From IMG/VR virus record IMGVR_UViG_3300033121_000147, positions 5,693 to 69,692 of that record: a stretch of DNA of 64,000 nucleotides. One strand, written 5' to 3'. This DNA comes from a virus (taxonomy: Duplodnaviria; Caudoviricetes). The notes below the pieces were generated by a model. That model searched no databases. It was not told the origin of the DNA and saw nothing but the letters and a program-made list of their open reading frames with translations. A program made the translations under genes and the position numbers. Of the stretch, positions 1 to 8,888 are shown one piece after another. The stretch's first letter is position 1. The number at the start of each line of letters is the position of its first letter.

Positions 1-2739
1 TGGTGGATAGACGACATCACTGCTGTCTTCTGATGACGGCTTGACAGTGTTTGTGTCGATCCACACCACAATGCGGTCATCCCCATCGCTCAGGTATACA
101 CCCATCCACGTGGGAATGTAGGCGTCTGAATCAGATACACCGAAGTCTTCTCTTGTCAACTCCACGTAGTCAAGTACGAAGTTACTGTTACCCTCTACGG
201 GTGCATTCCCATTGCGCCATGGTCCATTCTCGTCAACGACACCCTCCATGGGAACGAGAGTTGTAGCCTCAAAAGAGCTCCACTGATTAGGATTGACGTA
301 TGGATAGACTGGATCACTTGAGGTGGTCGATGCGAAGATCAGACTGAATGTGGTACCCTGAACAAACTCCTGCTTGTTGTCAGACCACGCAGCACTGCCG
401 TTAAGCGTGATACTGCTGACAGGAAGGTCGACCACTAAAGGCTGATGCTGTCCATCATCACCAATGAAGTATGGTGTAGACACGATCTCAACTACGTATT
501 TGTAGTCGCTGGTTGTGTATGGGTCACCCAGGAAGCGTGGGATATCTGCCACGAAGCTCTGTTGGGTCTGATCAGGAACAACACCGTTCAAAGTAACTGA
601 AATTCGATACTTCTCGCTCTCCCATACCCCTGAATTGTTGATAGACGGAGCAACAATCGACCAAGCCATCACCTTGTTAGCGATACCAGAAGTTGATGTA
701 ATGGGAGTGGTATTGACTAGCTTGGTACCTGGAATATCAGTGAACCAAGCTTCTGCTACACCGGAGATACCAGTATCGCTGAAGGTCTGAGTCTCAGGAT
801 TGTACTTGCCAGCGTGGAGCTTCAATAGTGCCGCAGCAGATCCACCGACACCTTGCAGTACCGCACTCCCATCTCTACCATCACTCGAATAGGCGTCATC
901 AGTACCAGCCTTGTACCAGATCATTCCCGGAATAAGCCTACCAGCAGCGTCGAGGAACTGATATGTCTGGGCGCTGTTAAGTGTGGGGCCAGCAACACCA
1001 TTACTTGTGTCGTTTGTAACGTTGAGAGGGAAAGAGTGGTAGTAGCTGCCAGTAGGAGTAGCTAGGTGTGGAGTGTATTCCACAGTAAGCCACACTGTCT
1101 GCTCTGCATTGGTGTAGATGGGCTTAGTAGCCTTGAGCCACACGTCAGCATCGAACTTGATCTCACGATATTCTGTACGATCAGCGCGAGCTCTGCCCCT
1201 GAGCATGAAATTCAACTCGAAGTTGCGAGGTCCGGTCACTACATCTGGACGGAAGACATACAGATCATTGCCATCTCCTACCCCAGACTGAACAACAGGT
1301 GGAAGATCAACGTCCATGACGTTGGGCAGGACATCGTAGCCCTCACCCTCAACGCCCCCAGTATCCCATAGGTTGTTGTTCCACACGAAGAAGCCCCATG
1401 TGGATGGGTACTTGTTGGCGAGCTCCATAACCAAGGAACGGAACCTGACAGTCGGTAGCCCATCAGGTGTGACATAGACAGAATCCTGTTCAATGTCTTG
1501 CATCTCTAGCACTGTTGGCGTGGCGCCCAAGTAAGCTGAGTCAGGGGAGGCTCCATCAGTCAGCCATAGATTAAGTTCGCGGCGAAGTGCTAGCTTGAAC
1601 GATTCTACCCCAGCGCCTGGGAAGTTGATGTAGACATCAAGGATACGAGACTTGTAGCTGTCATTGGACTCATTGTAGAGACGAGGAAGGTCGACAGCCA
1701 TTCCAAAGTCATCAAAGGCATTCCAGACAGGCTGAAGTGTCTGGGTGTATGAATCGTCCCAGTTGATGCTGAACTGGTCGTACAGTTTGCGAGTGTAGAC
1801 GATCTGTCGGTCAACGTCATACCAGAAGCCATCTTCATCATCGGTGAGAGAGTAGAAGTCTTCCAGGTCAGCACAGTGGGCAAGTTCGACTCCGTTGCCA
1901 TCTACCCTAATGAGGGCCTCAGGAGCGTTCTCGGTGCGGTAAATCCAGGCTACCTGGTCAATGTTGGCGCTACCGATGTATTCTTGTAGCTTCAGGTAAT
2001 CCAGGGTACCGTCGATATGGTTCAACCACTGTCCAGCTACAGCGCTGAGAAGCTTACCACCAAGAGAGTCTGGCGTAGCGGTCTCAGGAGTAGCATGATC
2101 GACATTCTCAACCTCACGGATAGCCATCCATTCAGGGAACTCGTCCAGCATGCGACGGGTTCTAGCGTAGAGAGGTTCACCTTGGACTGGATCCTCGATA
2201 CGAATACGTACGAGAAGTTCGACACCGATGTCTGTGATGTCTAGGTCAGTGTGAATGTCTAGCTCGAACCTGGCATATCTATAGGCACCAGTGATGAGGA
2301 TAGCACGGTCTTGAGTGATGTCTTCCTTGCCCGCCCACTCATGTGGGAACTCCTGCTCAAGGTCATCAATGTGCCACACACTGAGGTGAGGATCAACAAG
2401 ACCAACGCCTGGAGCGTTGGTCACGTTTACGTTCCAATCGACTAGGTCAATACGACCTGTGTAGTCTATGTATCTACCGTTGGTGATGAGACCACTCTCA
2501 GGAGTGCCCCCAATGTACTCGGGAGTACCACCGTCAAGCTCGTACATGCCAGTCCATACAGAGTTACCGAGTCTATCGGTTCCATATGATGACTTGATGG
2601 TCGAGAAGTTTCGGTAAGACGGAGTCGCCAAAGAGGTCTCGGCCGATTCGTTGTCGTATAGATCTACGACACCAGAGGTCCAGACCTTCCCATCCTTGGT
2701 GAAGTCTTCTTCAGTCAGCTTGAGGTAGTATACCTTCAT
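1..2739 (-). CDS. Large baseplate wedge/tail protein, partial (runs off the left edge; at least 913 aa)
   Basis: Manual translation from ATG at 2739 (MKVYYLKLTEEDF...) stays open to position 1. The ATG directly abuts the upstream TAA. It is absent from the ORF track because no stop lies in the window. Contains WNAFDDFGMAVDLPRLYNESNDSYKSRILDVY, similar to the wedge-protein motif also seen in J-like proteins. Confidence 0.75.
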   Translation of the reverse strand, partial: MKVYYLKLTEEDFTKDGKVWTSGVVDLYDNESAETSLATPSYRNFSTIKSSYGTDRLGNSVWTGMYELDGGTPEYIGGTPESGLITNGRYIDYTGRIDLVDWNVNVTNAPGVGLVDPHLSVWHIDDLEQEFPHEWAGKEDITQDRAILITGAYRYARFELDIHTDLDITDIGVELLVRIRIEDPVQGEPLYARTRRMLDEFPEWMAIREVENVDHATPETATPDSLGGKLLSAVAGQWLNHIDGTLDYLKLQEYIGSANIDQVAWIYRTENAPEALIRVDGNGVELAHCADLEDFYSLTDDEDGFWYDVDRQIVYTRKLYDQFSINWDDSYTQTLQPVWNAFDDFGMAVDLPRLYNESNDSYKSRILDVYINFPGAGVESFKLALRRELNLWLTDGASPDSAYLGATPTVLEMQDIEQDSVYVTPDGLPTVRFRSLVMELANKYPSTWGFFVWNNNLWDTGGVEGEGYDVLPNVMDVDLPPVVQSGVGDGNDLYVFRPDVVTGPRNFELNFMLRGRARADRTEYREIKFDADVWLKATKPIYTNAEQTVWLTVEYTPHLATPTGSYYHSFPLNVTNDTSNGVAGPTLNSAQTYQFLDAAGRLIPGMIWYKAGTDDAYSSDGRDGSAVLQGVGGSAAALLKLHAGKYNPETQTFSDTGISGVAEAWFTDIPGTKLVNTTPITSTSGIANKVMAWSIVAPSINNSGVWESEKYRISVTLNGVVPDQTQQSFVADIPRFLGDPYTTSDYKYVVEIVSTPYFIGDDGQHQPLVVDLPVSSITLNGSAAWSDNKQEFVQGTTFSLIFASTTSSDPVYPYVNPNQWSSFEATTLVPMEGVVDENGPWRNGNAPVEGNSNFVLDYVELTREDFGVSDSDAYIPTWMGVYLSDGDDRIVVWIDTNTVKPSSEDSSDVVYPP

Positions 2740-3939
2740 TTACAGATCCAGGTAGATTGTTTGTTCTGAGGTAACCCCGTATCGAGGGTGGACGTACTGG
2801 AGGTGTTGAGCAGGACGCCCCATCACGGCTAACACTTCTTGAGCGAAGGTGTTGTAGCTCTCGGGGGATGGACTAATGCGTAGAATCGTATTACCTAATG
2901 TCATCTTCGTGTTCTGGTGGTAGTGTCCAGCGAACACATCCTCGAATGGCTCCTCAATAGCGCCATCCTTCCAGCCCATTACCTTCTTATAGTACGTGTG
3001 AGACGAGGTAGGAGCAGGGAACTGGTTGCCATGTAGCAACAGCGTGCCATACTCACCGATAGTGTCTACCGCATAGAAGTTGCTCTCACCATCACCATCA
3101 GGGATGTCGAAAGTTACACGAGGCTCATAAGCGAACATGTGCTCCACGATCTTGTAGAGCAAACGGTCCATGTTAGTCTCGCTGTTGTAGTCCTTACGAG
3201 CGCGGCCACCAATAGCACCGTGGTTTCCGATGACTCCCACGAAGTGCACGGTGTCAAACTCTGTCAGCATCTTGAGGATGAAGTCTCGGATGATCTCCGG
3301 ACCATTAACACCAACCTGACGATAGAGACTAGAGTCAATCAGGTGAGCCTGACCAGCGAAGATGTCTTCGCCCTCTACGATATCTCCCAGAGCCCAGAGA
3401 CGGATGTGTCTGACTGGGTGATCTGCTCTCTGAATACGTACTGATCGAATGATCTGGTCTGCGAAATTGTCAATGCGCTCGCGGCAGATCTCAGAGTTAT
3501 AGGTGGGTGTCTTCTTACCTAGCTGCCAGTCTGCGAGAACTGCTACAGCTACCTCTTCGTCGTTGTTGTTGCGAGTGTCGCGTGGCGGCTTAGGAACCGT
3601 CGGCATGGTGGTTTCGTCCAGCGCCTGAGTGACGGCTTGATATACAGCCTCCACCATCTCGCTCTTGGAACTCTTGTACTTGTCTACCAGACGTCCTAGT
3701 CTCGTGACTTCTCTTCGCAGAAAGTTCAACTGACTCTCTTCATCCACCTCGTCCAAGTACGCAGGAGCGACTGTCTTAGCTAGTGCGTCTGCCACATCTT
3801 GTGTGTATGCCCGCCTGTTCCGCTCGTTCTCTGCACTTCGCTTACAATCACCATCATGAAACTTCTGGTTCCAGGATGACTTGACAAATGTGACGTCACA
3901 TCCCGGCCCTTCACAGGTAGCTCTATCTTCTCTGGTCAC
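2740..3939 (-). CDS. Calcineurin-like metallophosphoesterase with N-terminal Cys/His (putative Zn-binding) segment
   Basis: Motifs LADWQLGK, LGDIVEG, IGNHG, LLHGN, FAGHYH in canonical order; N-terminal CEGPGC...HDGDC; GGAG RBS before GTG. Confidence 0.85.
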   Translation of the reverse strand: MTREDRATCEGPGCDVTFVKSSWNQKFHDGDCKRSAENERNRRAYTQDVADALAKTVAPAYLDEVDEESQLNFLRREVTRLGRLVDKYKSSKSEMVEAVYQAVTQALDETTMPTVPKPPRDTRNNNDEEVAVAVLADWQLGKKTPTYNSEICRERIDNFADQIIRSVRIQRADHPVRHIRLWALGDIVEGEDIFAGQAHLIDSSLYRQVGVNGPEIIRDFILKMLTEFDTVHFVGVIGNHGAIGGRARKDYNSETNMDRLLYKIVEHMFAYEPRVTFDIPDGDGESNFYAVDTIGEYGTLLLHGNQFPAPTSSHTYYKKVMGWKDGAIEEPFEDVFAGHYHQNTKMTLGNTILRISPSPESYNTFAQEVLAVMGRPAQHLQYVHPRYGVTSEQTIYLDL

Positions 3940-3984
3940 TTGTACTCCATCTTTTAGTCATCTGGATAGATCAATCGTTCTCCA

Positions 3985-5124
3985 TTAGGCTGAAGTGACG
4001 CTAATCGTCCCAGGGATCAACTGTTCGTCTTCCTTCGGGGTGAAGTTGCGTCTCAGGATTTCAACTCCATTCGGTGCAAAACTAGTTATCTGTACATCCT
4101 TAATTATAGCAGACGTATCGAAGATGGCCTGGATCAGCTTGTTGAACACCAGGATTTCCCCTGGTAGAAGGCTGTTCAGGTATCTCATGATAGCGATCTG
4201 ACAGCCCTGTAGGAGCTGATTGTCAACCACTTGGGTGCTATCAACTACCACTGCGGCTCCGATGTCTACTGGCACTGGCACTGGCTGCTTCAAGAACATT
4301 CGCACACCAACTGGACGCACCAACTCAATGGCACTGTCTACAGCATTCATTACGTCAACGGTGACGCCTCGGTTCTCTGGCACCACCATGACCTCGAAAG
4401 AGCCCATACCGTAGATGTTCTGCTTGATTCTGATGTCTCTCACGCCAACGATTCCTAGGCCTGCGAATCGCACTGCATCCAGAGTGCCGGAAGCAGTAAC
4501 GCGGATACCCTTCTTGATGCGTACTCTATAGTTCTCGTCTGATTCAAGATTAGGCTGAGGAGCGATGGGCTTGGGGTTGCGACACTTAACCACTACACCA
4601 GCTGGGTTAGGGAAACTGTGTACTGTGAGAGAGTCCGCTCCTGCCGTAAACACACCATCAGTGAAGGATGGCTTGATGCTGACCCACACTCTGGTCCGCC
4701 CAGCTAGGATTGTGGCGCTCTGAGTTGTCTCGTAGCGGAGCTGACGACCGATGAAGCTGTCGCTAGCCGTATAGACGCTCGTACCAGCTGGAATGGTGAT
4801 GTCAGCGACTGCAGGAGAGTCAACATAGAAGTAGAAGCTTCCGATGCGAGCGTTAACAGTCACTACGTCAGTAACGGTCTTGCGCCGAACGTTGTATAGC
4901 TCCCCAAGAAGGTCTAGGGAGGCTCCTGTGGCTGTTGAGAGGACTGCCTGGCTCAAGTTGTAGTCCATAGCGTCATACATGTCGCCAAGCTCTACAGCTA
5001 CAGCCTCAGTGAAAGCGCGCACAATAGAACCAGGACCCACGGCTTTAAGCGGGGTCCCTCTCTCTAGGTTAGCTAGAGCGTTGCGTAGGATGTCTGCTCG
5101 GTTCTTCTTTACATATGTTGACAT
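3985..5124 (-). CDS. Baseplate J-like wedge protein
   Basis: TATGASLDLLGELYNVRRK, ESDENYRVRI, GTLDAVRFAGL..GV, VRPVGV are typical of baseplate J/gp47. Confidence 0.9.
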   Translation of the reverse strand: MSTYVKKNRADILRNALANLERGTPLKAVGPGSIVRAFTEAVAVELGDMYDAMDYNLSQAVLSTATGASLDLLGELYNVRRKTVTDVVTVNARIGSFYFYVDSPAVADITIPAGTSVYTASDSFIGRQLRYETTQSATILAGRTRVWVSIKPSFTDGVFTAGADSLTVHSFPNPAGVVVKCRNPKPIAPQPNLESDENYRVRIKKGIRVTASGTLDAVRFAGLGIVGVRDIRIKQNIYGMGSFEVMVVPENRGVTVDVMNAVDSAIELVRPVGVRMFLKQPVPVPVDIGAAVVVDSTQVVDNQLLQGCQIAIMRYLNSLLPGEILVFNKLIQAIFDTSAIIKDVQITSFAPNGVEILRRNFTPKEDEQLIPGTISVTSA

Positions 5125-5128
5125 GTGG

Positions 5129-5548
5129 TTAGCTTTCTATCTCAGTGTAGGCAAAGTCTTCACTTAGCTGGACTCCAAGGTCTTGCTCAATAGATAGGGC
5201 CAGAACGTTGTCGGTAGTCGAAGCAATGTAGACGTCAAATCGGATGGTCTGAGGACCAGTGGGCACAGCGTCAATGCTGATCGAGCGACCACTGAACATA
5301 CCCTCACGCTCCAGGCCTACCATGATAAGGCTCTTGCCTAGCTCACCAGTAGCCCTGCTCTGAGGCAAACCATAGAGAGTGGTGAGGTCTACGCCCAACG
5401 TCGGATAGAGCCGGAAGTCCCCAGGCTCAGTCATGATGCGTAGATAGGCCTGCTGAGAGTCTTCTCTCCAGGAGCTATCTGTAAGTGCGATGTCTCCATG
5501 CGGAGCTACCGCTATATCACCTGCTTGCGACATGTAGAAGTCTGCCAT
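5129..5548 (-). CDS. gp25-like/sheath-initiator baseplate wedge protein
   Basis: GDIA...LRIMTEPGDFRLYPTLGVDL pattern, 139 aa, directly upstream of baseplate J. Confidence 0.8.
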   Translation of the reverse strand: MADFYMSQAGDIAVAPHGDIALTDSSWREDSQQAYLRIMTEPGDFRLYPTLGVDLTTLYGLPQSRATGELGKSLIMVGLEREGMFSGRSISIDAVPTGPQTIRFDVYIASTTDNVLALSIEQDLGVQLSEDFAYTEIES

Positions 5549-5549
5549 G

Positions 5550-5900
5550 TTAGTCTTCCCAGAACTCTTCTAGACCAGTGTAGATACTGCGTACTTCGCT
5601 GTGATCAAAGACTACAAACGTAGGCTCTTGGAACTTGAACGCCTGATCATTGAAGGCCAGGTTGTTCCAGCGAAGACCACCCTTCGCCGTGATGAACTTG
5701 ATGCTGTCTGCCACCATAGTAATGCTCTTATTCTGGGGGTGTAAGATCACTGCCAGTCCAGGACAAGCACAGATCTCTACATCTCCATCGTCATTGAGCC
5801 TTACATAGGCATCTCGATGCTGGTGTGAGAGACCAACCTCAGTGGGACTGAAACGAGACTGCTCAGCTAGGGATTGAGAGGGACGTTCGAATGCAGGCAT
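5550..5900 (-). CDS. Putative baseplate spike beta-helix/spike-associated protein
   Basis: Short alternating beta-strands (AYVRLNDDGDVEICA..AVILHP..SITMVADSIKF); sits between an OB-fold spike-like gene and gp25. Confidence 0.5.
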   Translation of the reverse strand: MPAFERPSQSLAEQSRFSPTEVGLSHQHRDAYVRLNDDGDVEICACPGLAVILHPQNKSITMVADSIKFITAKGGLRWNNLAFNDQAFKFQEPTFVVFDHSEVRSIYTGLEEFWED

Positions 5901-5901
5901 G

Positions 5902-6270
5902 TTACATACTCACCATGAAGTTGGGTACGCCGTTGTCGGCTATCGTATGACGATAGTAGTCATACTTCTGGTAGTCGTGATTGAAGAAGTGACTGATCAT
6001 GGGGCGGCCTTCGTTGCGTCCACTGAAGATCAACCAGCAGCCCCTACCAGGCTCTGGTGCGCCCATCTGAACGCCCATCGTTGTGGGACACGGGACACGG
6101 TCATAGATGTCGCCAAGTCGATCAGAGTCAGGGGCTGAGGAGAGCACCTTAGCCGTATTGGTAACAGGGTCGTAGCTCGCCACAATGCCGTAACGGTCTG
6201 TAGGTGTCTCATTGTTGTTCTGAGACAGAGTCTCCTTCAGATGCTTCTGATACTTAGGTGAGTTAAGCAC
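5902..6270 (-). CDS. Baseplate spike N-terminal OB-fold-like protein (gp5/gpV-like)
   Basis: YGIVASYDPVTNTAKV...VPCP...PEPGRGCWLIFSGRNEGRPMI. Start placed at GTG 6270 (TAGTG overlap, GGAGG RBS) rather than the track start 6357. Confidence 0.65.
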   Translation of the reverse strand: MLNSPKYQKHLKETLSQNNNETPTDRYGIVASYDPVTNTAKVLSSAPDSDRLGDIYDRVPCPTTMGVQMGAPEPGRGCWLIFSGRNEGRPMISHFFNHDYQKYDYYRHTIADNGVPNFMVSM

Positions 6271-6626
6271 TACTTCCTCCCTGGAAGGTATACCCAATGG
6301 CCTGGATCGGATGAGCTGTTCTGAAACCCATACTTGTAAGCGTTGGCTCTCAACCACTCAAGCAGATCTGCGTGATTCTCTGTGTAGAAGTCTACTGTCA
6401 AACCCCATCCATTGTCACTAGTACCCGGAACAGGCTGCAGTTCGTACGGAAGGTAGGCGTTTTTCACAGAGAACTTGACGCCATCCTTGTCAGCGTTAAC
6501 CCACATAGAGCGAAAAGCTCTAGCTGCTGGCTCTAATAGGACGAGACGGTCGTACCCAATGGGAACGAGGAGCTCCTCGGGAATGCGACCGTTGCTGAAG
6601 CTGCGTAGTGTGTCGTAGTTTATCAT
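6270..6626 (-). CDS. M15/VanY-like peptidase homologue with degenerate catalytic motifs
   Basis: NGRIP, AARAF..M...A..DGV, PGTSDNGWGLTVD, WL..NA.KYGF, DPGHW.Y; ATGA overlap with the upstream gene. Confidence 0.75.
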   Translation of the reverse strand: MINYDTLRSFSNGRIPEELLVPIGYDRLVLLEPAARAFRSMWVNADKDGVKFSVKNAYLPYELQPVPGTSDNGWGLTVDFYTENHADLLEWLRANAYKYGFQNSSSDPGHWVYLPGRK

Positions 6627-8029
6627 GCGTCTTGTCCAGTGAATTCCTTGTAGATGGTCTTAGCTTGGGCAATACGAGCTGGCTGTGGACCTCCTGCGTG
6701 ACGCTCGAACTTGGTTTCAAAGGCAAGTGTTGCGTCTGTGATGTTAGTGGTGGCGAACAAGATCCTGCCAGCCTGATTCTCACTACCAGTAGTGAGAGAC
6801 TCCCACAAGAAATCAAGCTGGAAGATGATGTCACTGGGCTGCTTACCTTGCGCGTTGGCGGCAGGAAGAATCTTGGTTCCTGGAGTCCACTGCACAATAC
6901 CATAACCACGTGAAGTCGGCATTGGGCCGTGTGATCCACCTTCGATGATATCAGGAGAGAAGCCAGACTCAGACTGCATGTTGCCCATGATACCAGCGAT
7001 TTGGAATGGAGGGATGTTCTTCGCTACGAAGTAGTTCCAGATTGTCGACTTAGGGTCAGTGCCTGTTACCGTGGTTCCACCTACTGGCAACTTGCTAACG
7101 ATGAAGTCAGCGTACTTTCCGTAGTTAGCCGCACCGCTGTAGTGAATGTGATCCCCACCGAGGAGACCTTGCGGGTCTCCACCACTGATATCGTAAGCCT
7201 GTGGGTCCTTATCCTCGCCCCATAGGAACTTGAACTGGCTGATGACAGTCATACCAGATGATTGGGCCTTCGCATAGATGGCTGTGTTGGCTTCCTTACC
7301 GAAGGCTTGACTGATACCGGAAGCAGCGACGTCAACCCAGTAAATAGGAGCAGTACTGTTGATCTGCTTGATAGCATTGAACAGAGTGTCTATGTTGCCA
7401 GCGAAGTTGTTCTCATGGTTGGTACCTAAGGCTATGACAATGTGCTTAGCGTCTTTGATGAAGGCTGCGTCGTCTGCGATGGCTTCCAGGCCCGATCTGC
7501 GAACTTGAAGACCCGCCCCCGAGATACTTCTACCACCATCGTAGTTAACCTTGTTTGGTGAATACCCTTTAGCGTTCAGCTTGTCTGAAATGCCGCCCAA
7601 CGTGAGACCGTAAGTCAATGAGTCACCCATAAAGTACAGTTGACCAGGTGGAATGCCAGATGTGCTTGGCGTAGGGGCTGGAGTACCCGAGGGGACCTCA
7701 ACTACTACATCTGGTTCTTCGTTTGGGACACCTATGAACACATCGTAAGGACTCAGGGCCTTGTCTTCTACGAAGTACTTCTCAGTTCTCAGGCCTTCAA
7801 AGTCCTTCGAGAGAGTCTGGTTGAAGAGATCAAGAGTCTGAGCCTTGGGCTTGTATAGGGCCTTGCCTTGTAGGATATCCGAGATACTGTAGGTCGTCAG
7901 GGTAGACGAACCTAGGGCCCTAGGAGCCGAACCGCTCGTTCTAACTGGTCCGGCCTCACTTGTCTGGATCCTGCGTACGCCCGTGATCCACGTCTCTTCA
8001 TTCTGGTAGTCGTCGAGATTGAGTCCCAT
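6623..8029 (-). CDS. Modular hydrolase 3: shared N-terminal module + SGNH/GDSL esterase + phage tail lysozyme domain
   Basis: N-terminus MGLNLDDYQNEETW; SGNH blocks FMGDSLT, GGRS, LGTN, DHIH; lysozyme-like IAGIMGNMQSES, GYGIVQWT, QLDFLWESL, FETKFER. Confidence 0.85.
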   Translation of the reverse strand: MGLNLDDYQNEETWITGVRRIQTSEAGPVRTSGSAPRALGSSTLTTYSISDILQGKALYKPKAQTLDLFNQTLSKDFEGLRTEKYFVEDKALSPYDVFIGVPNEEPDVVVEVPSGTPAPTPSTSGIPPGQLYFMGDSLTYGLTLGGISDKLNAKGYSPNKVNYDGGRSISGAGLQVRRSGLEAIADDAAFIKDAKHIVIALGTNHENNFAGNIDTLFNAIKQINSTAPIYWVDVAASGISQAFGKEANTAIYAKAQSSGMTVISQFKFLWGEDKDPQAYDISGGDPQGLLGGDHIHYSGAANYGKYADFIVSKLPVGGTTVTGTDPKSTIWNYFVAKNIPPFQIAGIMGNMQSESGFSPDIIEGGSHGPMPTSRGYGIVQWTPGTKILPAANAQGKQPSDIIFQLDFLWESLTTGSENQAGRILFATTNITDATLAFETKFERHAGGPQPARIAQAKTIYKEFTGQDA

Positions 8030-8030
8030 G

Positions 8031-8888
8031 CTAGCTAAGTCCTATGTATGGATAGGGATTCACATTTCCAGAAGTAGACCAGCGGGGATAGGGATCCGTA
8101 TCAGCGATACCCTCATGTACCTCAAAGTGAAGATGAGGACCTGTCGAGTAGCCAGTAGAGCCTACTAGGCCCACGACATCACCCTGCTTGACAGCTATTC
8201 CATCAGCGGTAGTATACCCACTAAGGTGCATATAGGTAGTCCACTGCCCACCTCCATGATTGATGAAGAGAACGTTACCACCGCCGCCATAGGCATCGTT
8301 GGGAACTTGCTTAACCGTGCCATCCTTCACCGCCAGAATCTTGTCACCCATAGCTCCGTTGAGATCTACGCCAGGATGTCCCCCTGGTAGATGCCATCCT
8401 TGACTGATTCCATGGGCTGCCACTCCTCCTTCTAGTGGGAAGATCATGCCAGCTGCAGATGGGGGACCAGACGGAACACCAGGACCAGAGCTATTCGTCG
8501 CGGCTGTATTACCAGCCTGCTGAACTGCCTGACCTACACCGATGTTGGAGAGACCAAAGCTAGTGTCTCCTGGAGGACCTACGTACACGTCATAAGGTGA
8601 GAGTGCCTTGTGCTCGTAGTCTCCGTAGTTGTAGTCCGGGTTGTTCTCGGCTCTTAGTCCAGCTAACTGCTGAGAGATTCGCTGGTTGAACAGGTCATAG
8701 GTTGATCCACGCGGCTTATAGATCAGCATGCCGCTCATGGCGTCTGCTATTGATGGAGTAGTGAGTCCTTGTCTGGGCGCTTGTCCAGAAGCGCTAGTCC
8801 TAACGGGGCCAGCCTCGCTTGCTTGGATACCCCTAACAGCGTTGACCCAAGTCTCTTCGTTCTGGTAGTCATCGAGGTTAAGACCCAT
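8031..8888 (-). CDS. Modular hydrolase 2: shared N-terminal module + M23 endopeptidase
   Basis: Start placed at ATG 8888 (MGLNLDDYQNEETW, AAGGAAG RBS, 11-nt overlap with the upstream gene); HPGVD, YMHL, GSTGYSTGPHLHFEV are M23 motifs. Confidence 0.9.
   Translation of the reverse strand: MGLNLDDYQNEETWVNAVRGIQASEAGPVRTSASGQAPRQGLTTPSIADAMSGMLIYKPRGSTYDLFNQRISQQLAGLRAENNPDYNYGDYEHKALSPYDVYVGPPGDTSFGLSNIGVGQAVQQAGNTAATNSSGPGVPSGPPSAAGMIFPLEGGVAAHGISQGWHLPGGHPGVDLNGAMGDKILAVKDGTVKQVPNDAYGGGGNVLFINHGGGQWTTYMHLSGYTTADGIAVKQGDVVGLVGSTGYSTGPHLHFEVHEGIADTDPYPRWSTSGNVNPYPYIGLS

Noticed and set aside
1-2739. Apparent 2.7-kb region with no long ORF (possible recoding or ncRNA)
   Set aside because: One uninterrupted minus-strand frame runs from ATG 2739 off the window edge; the track omitted it because its stop is outside the window.
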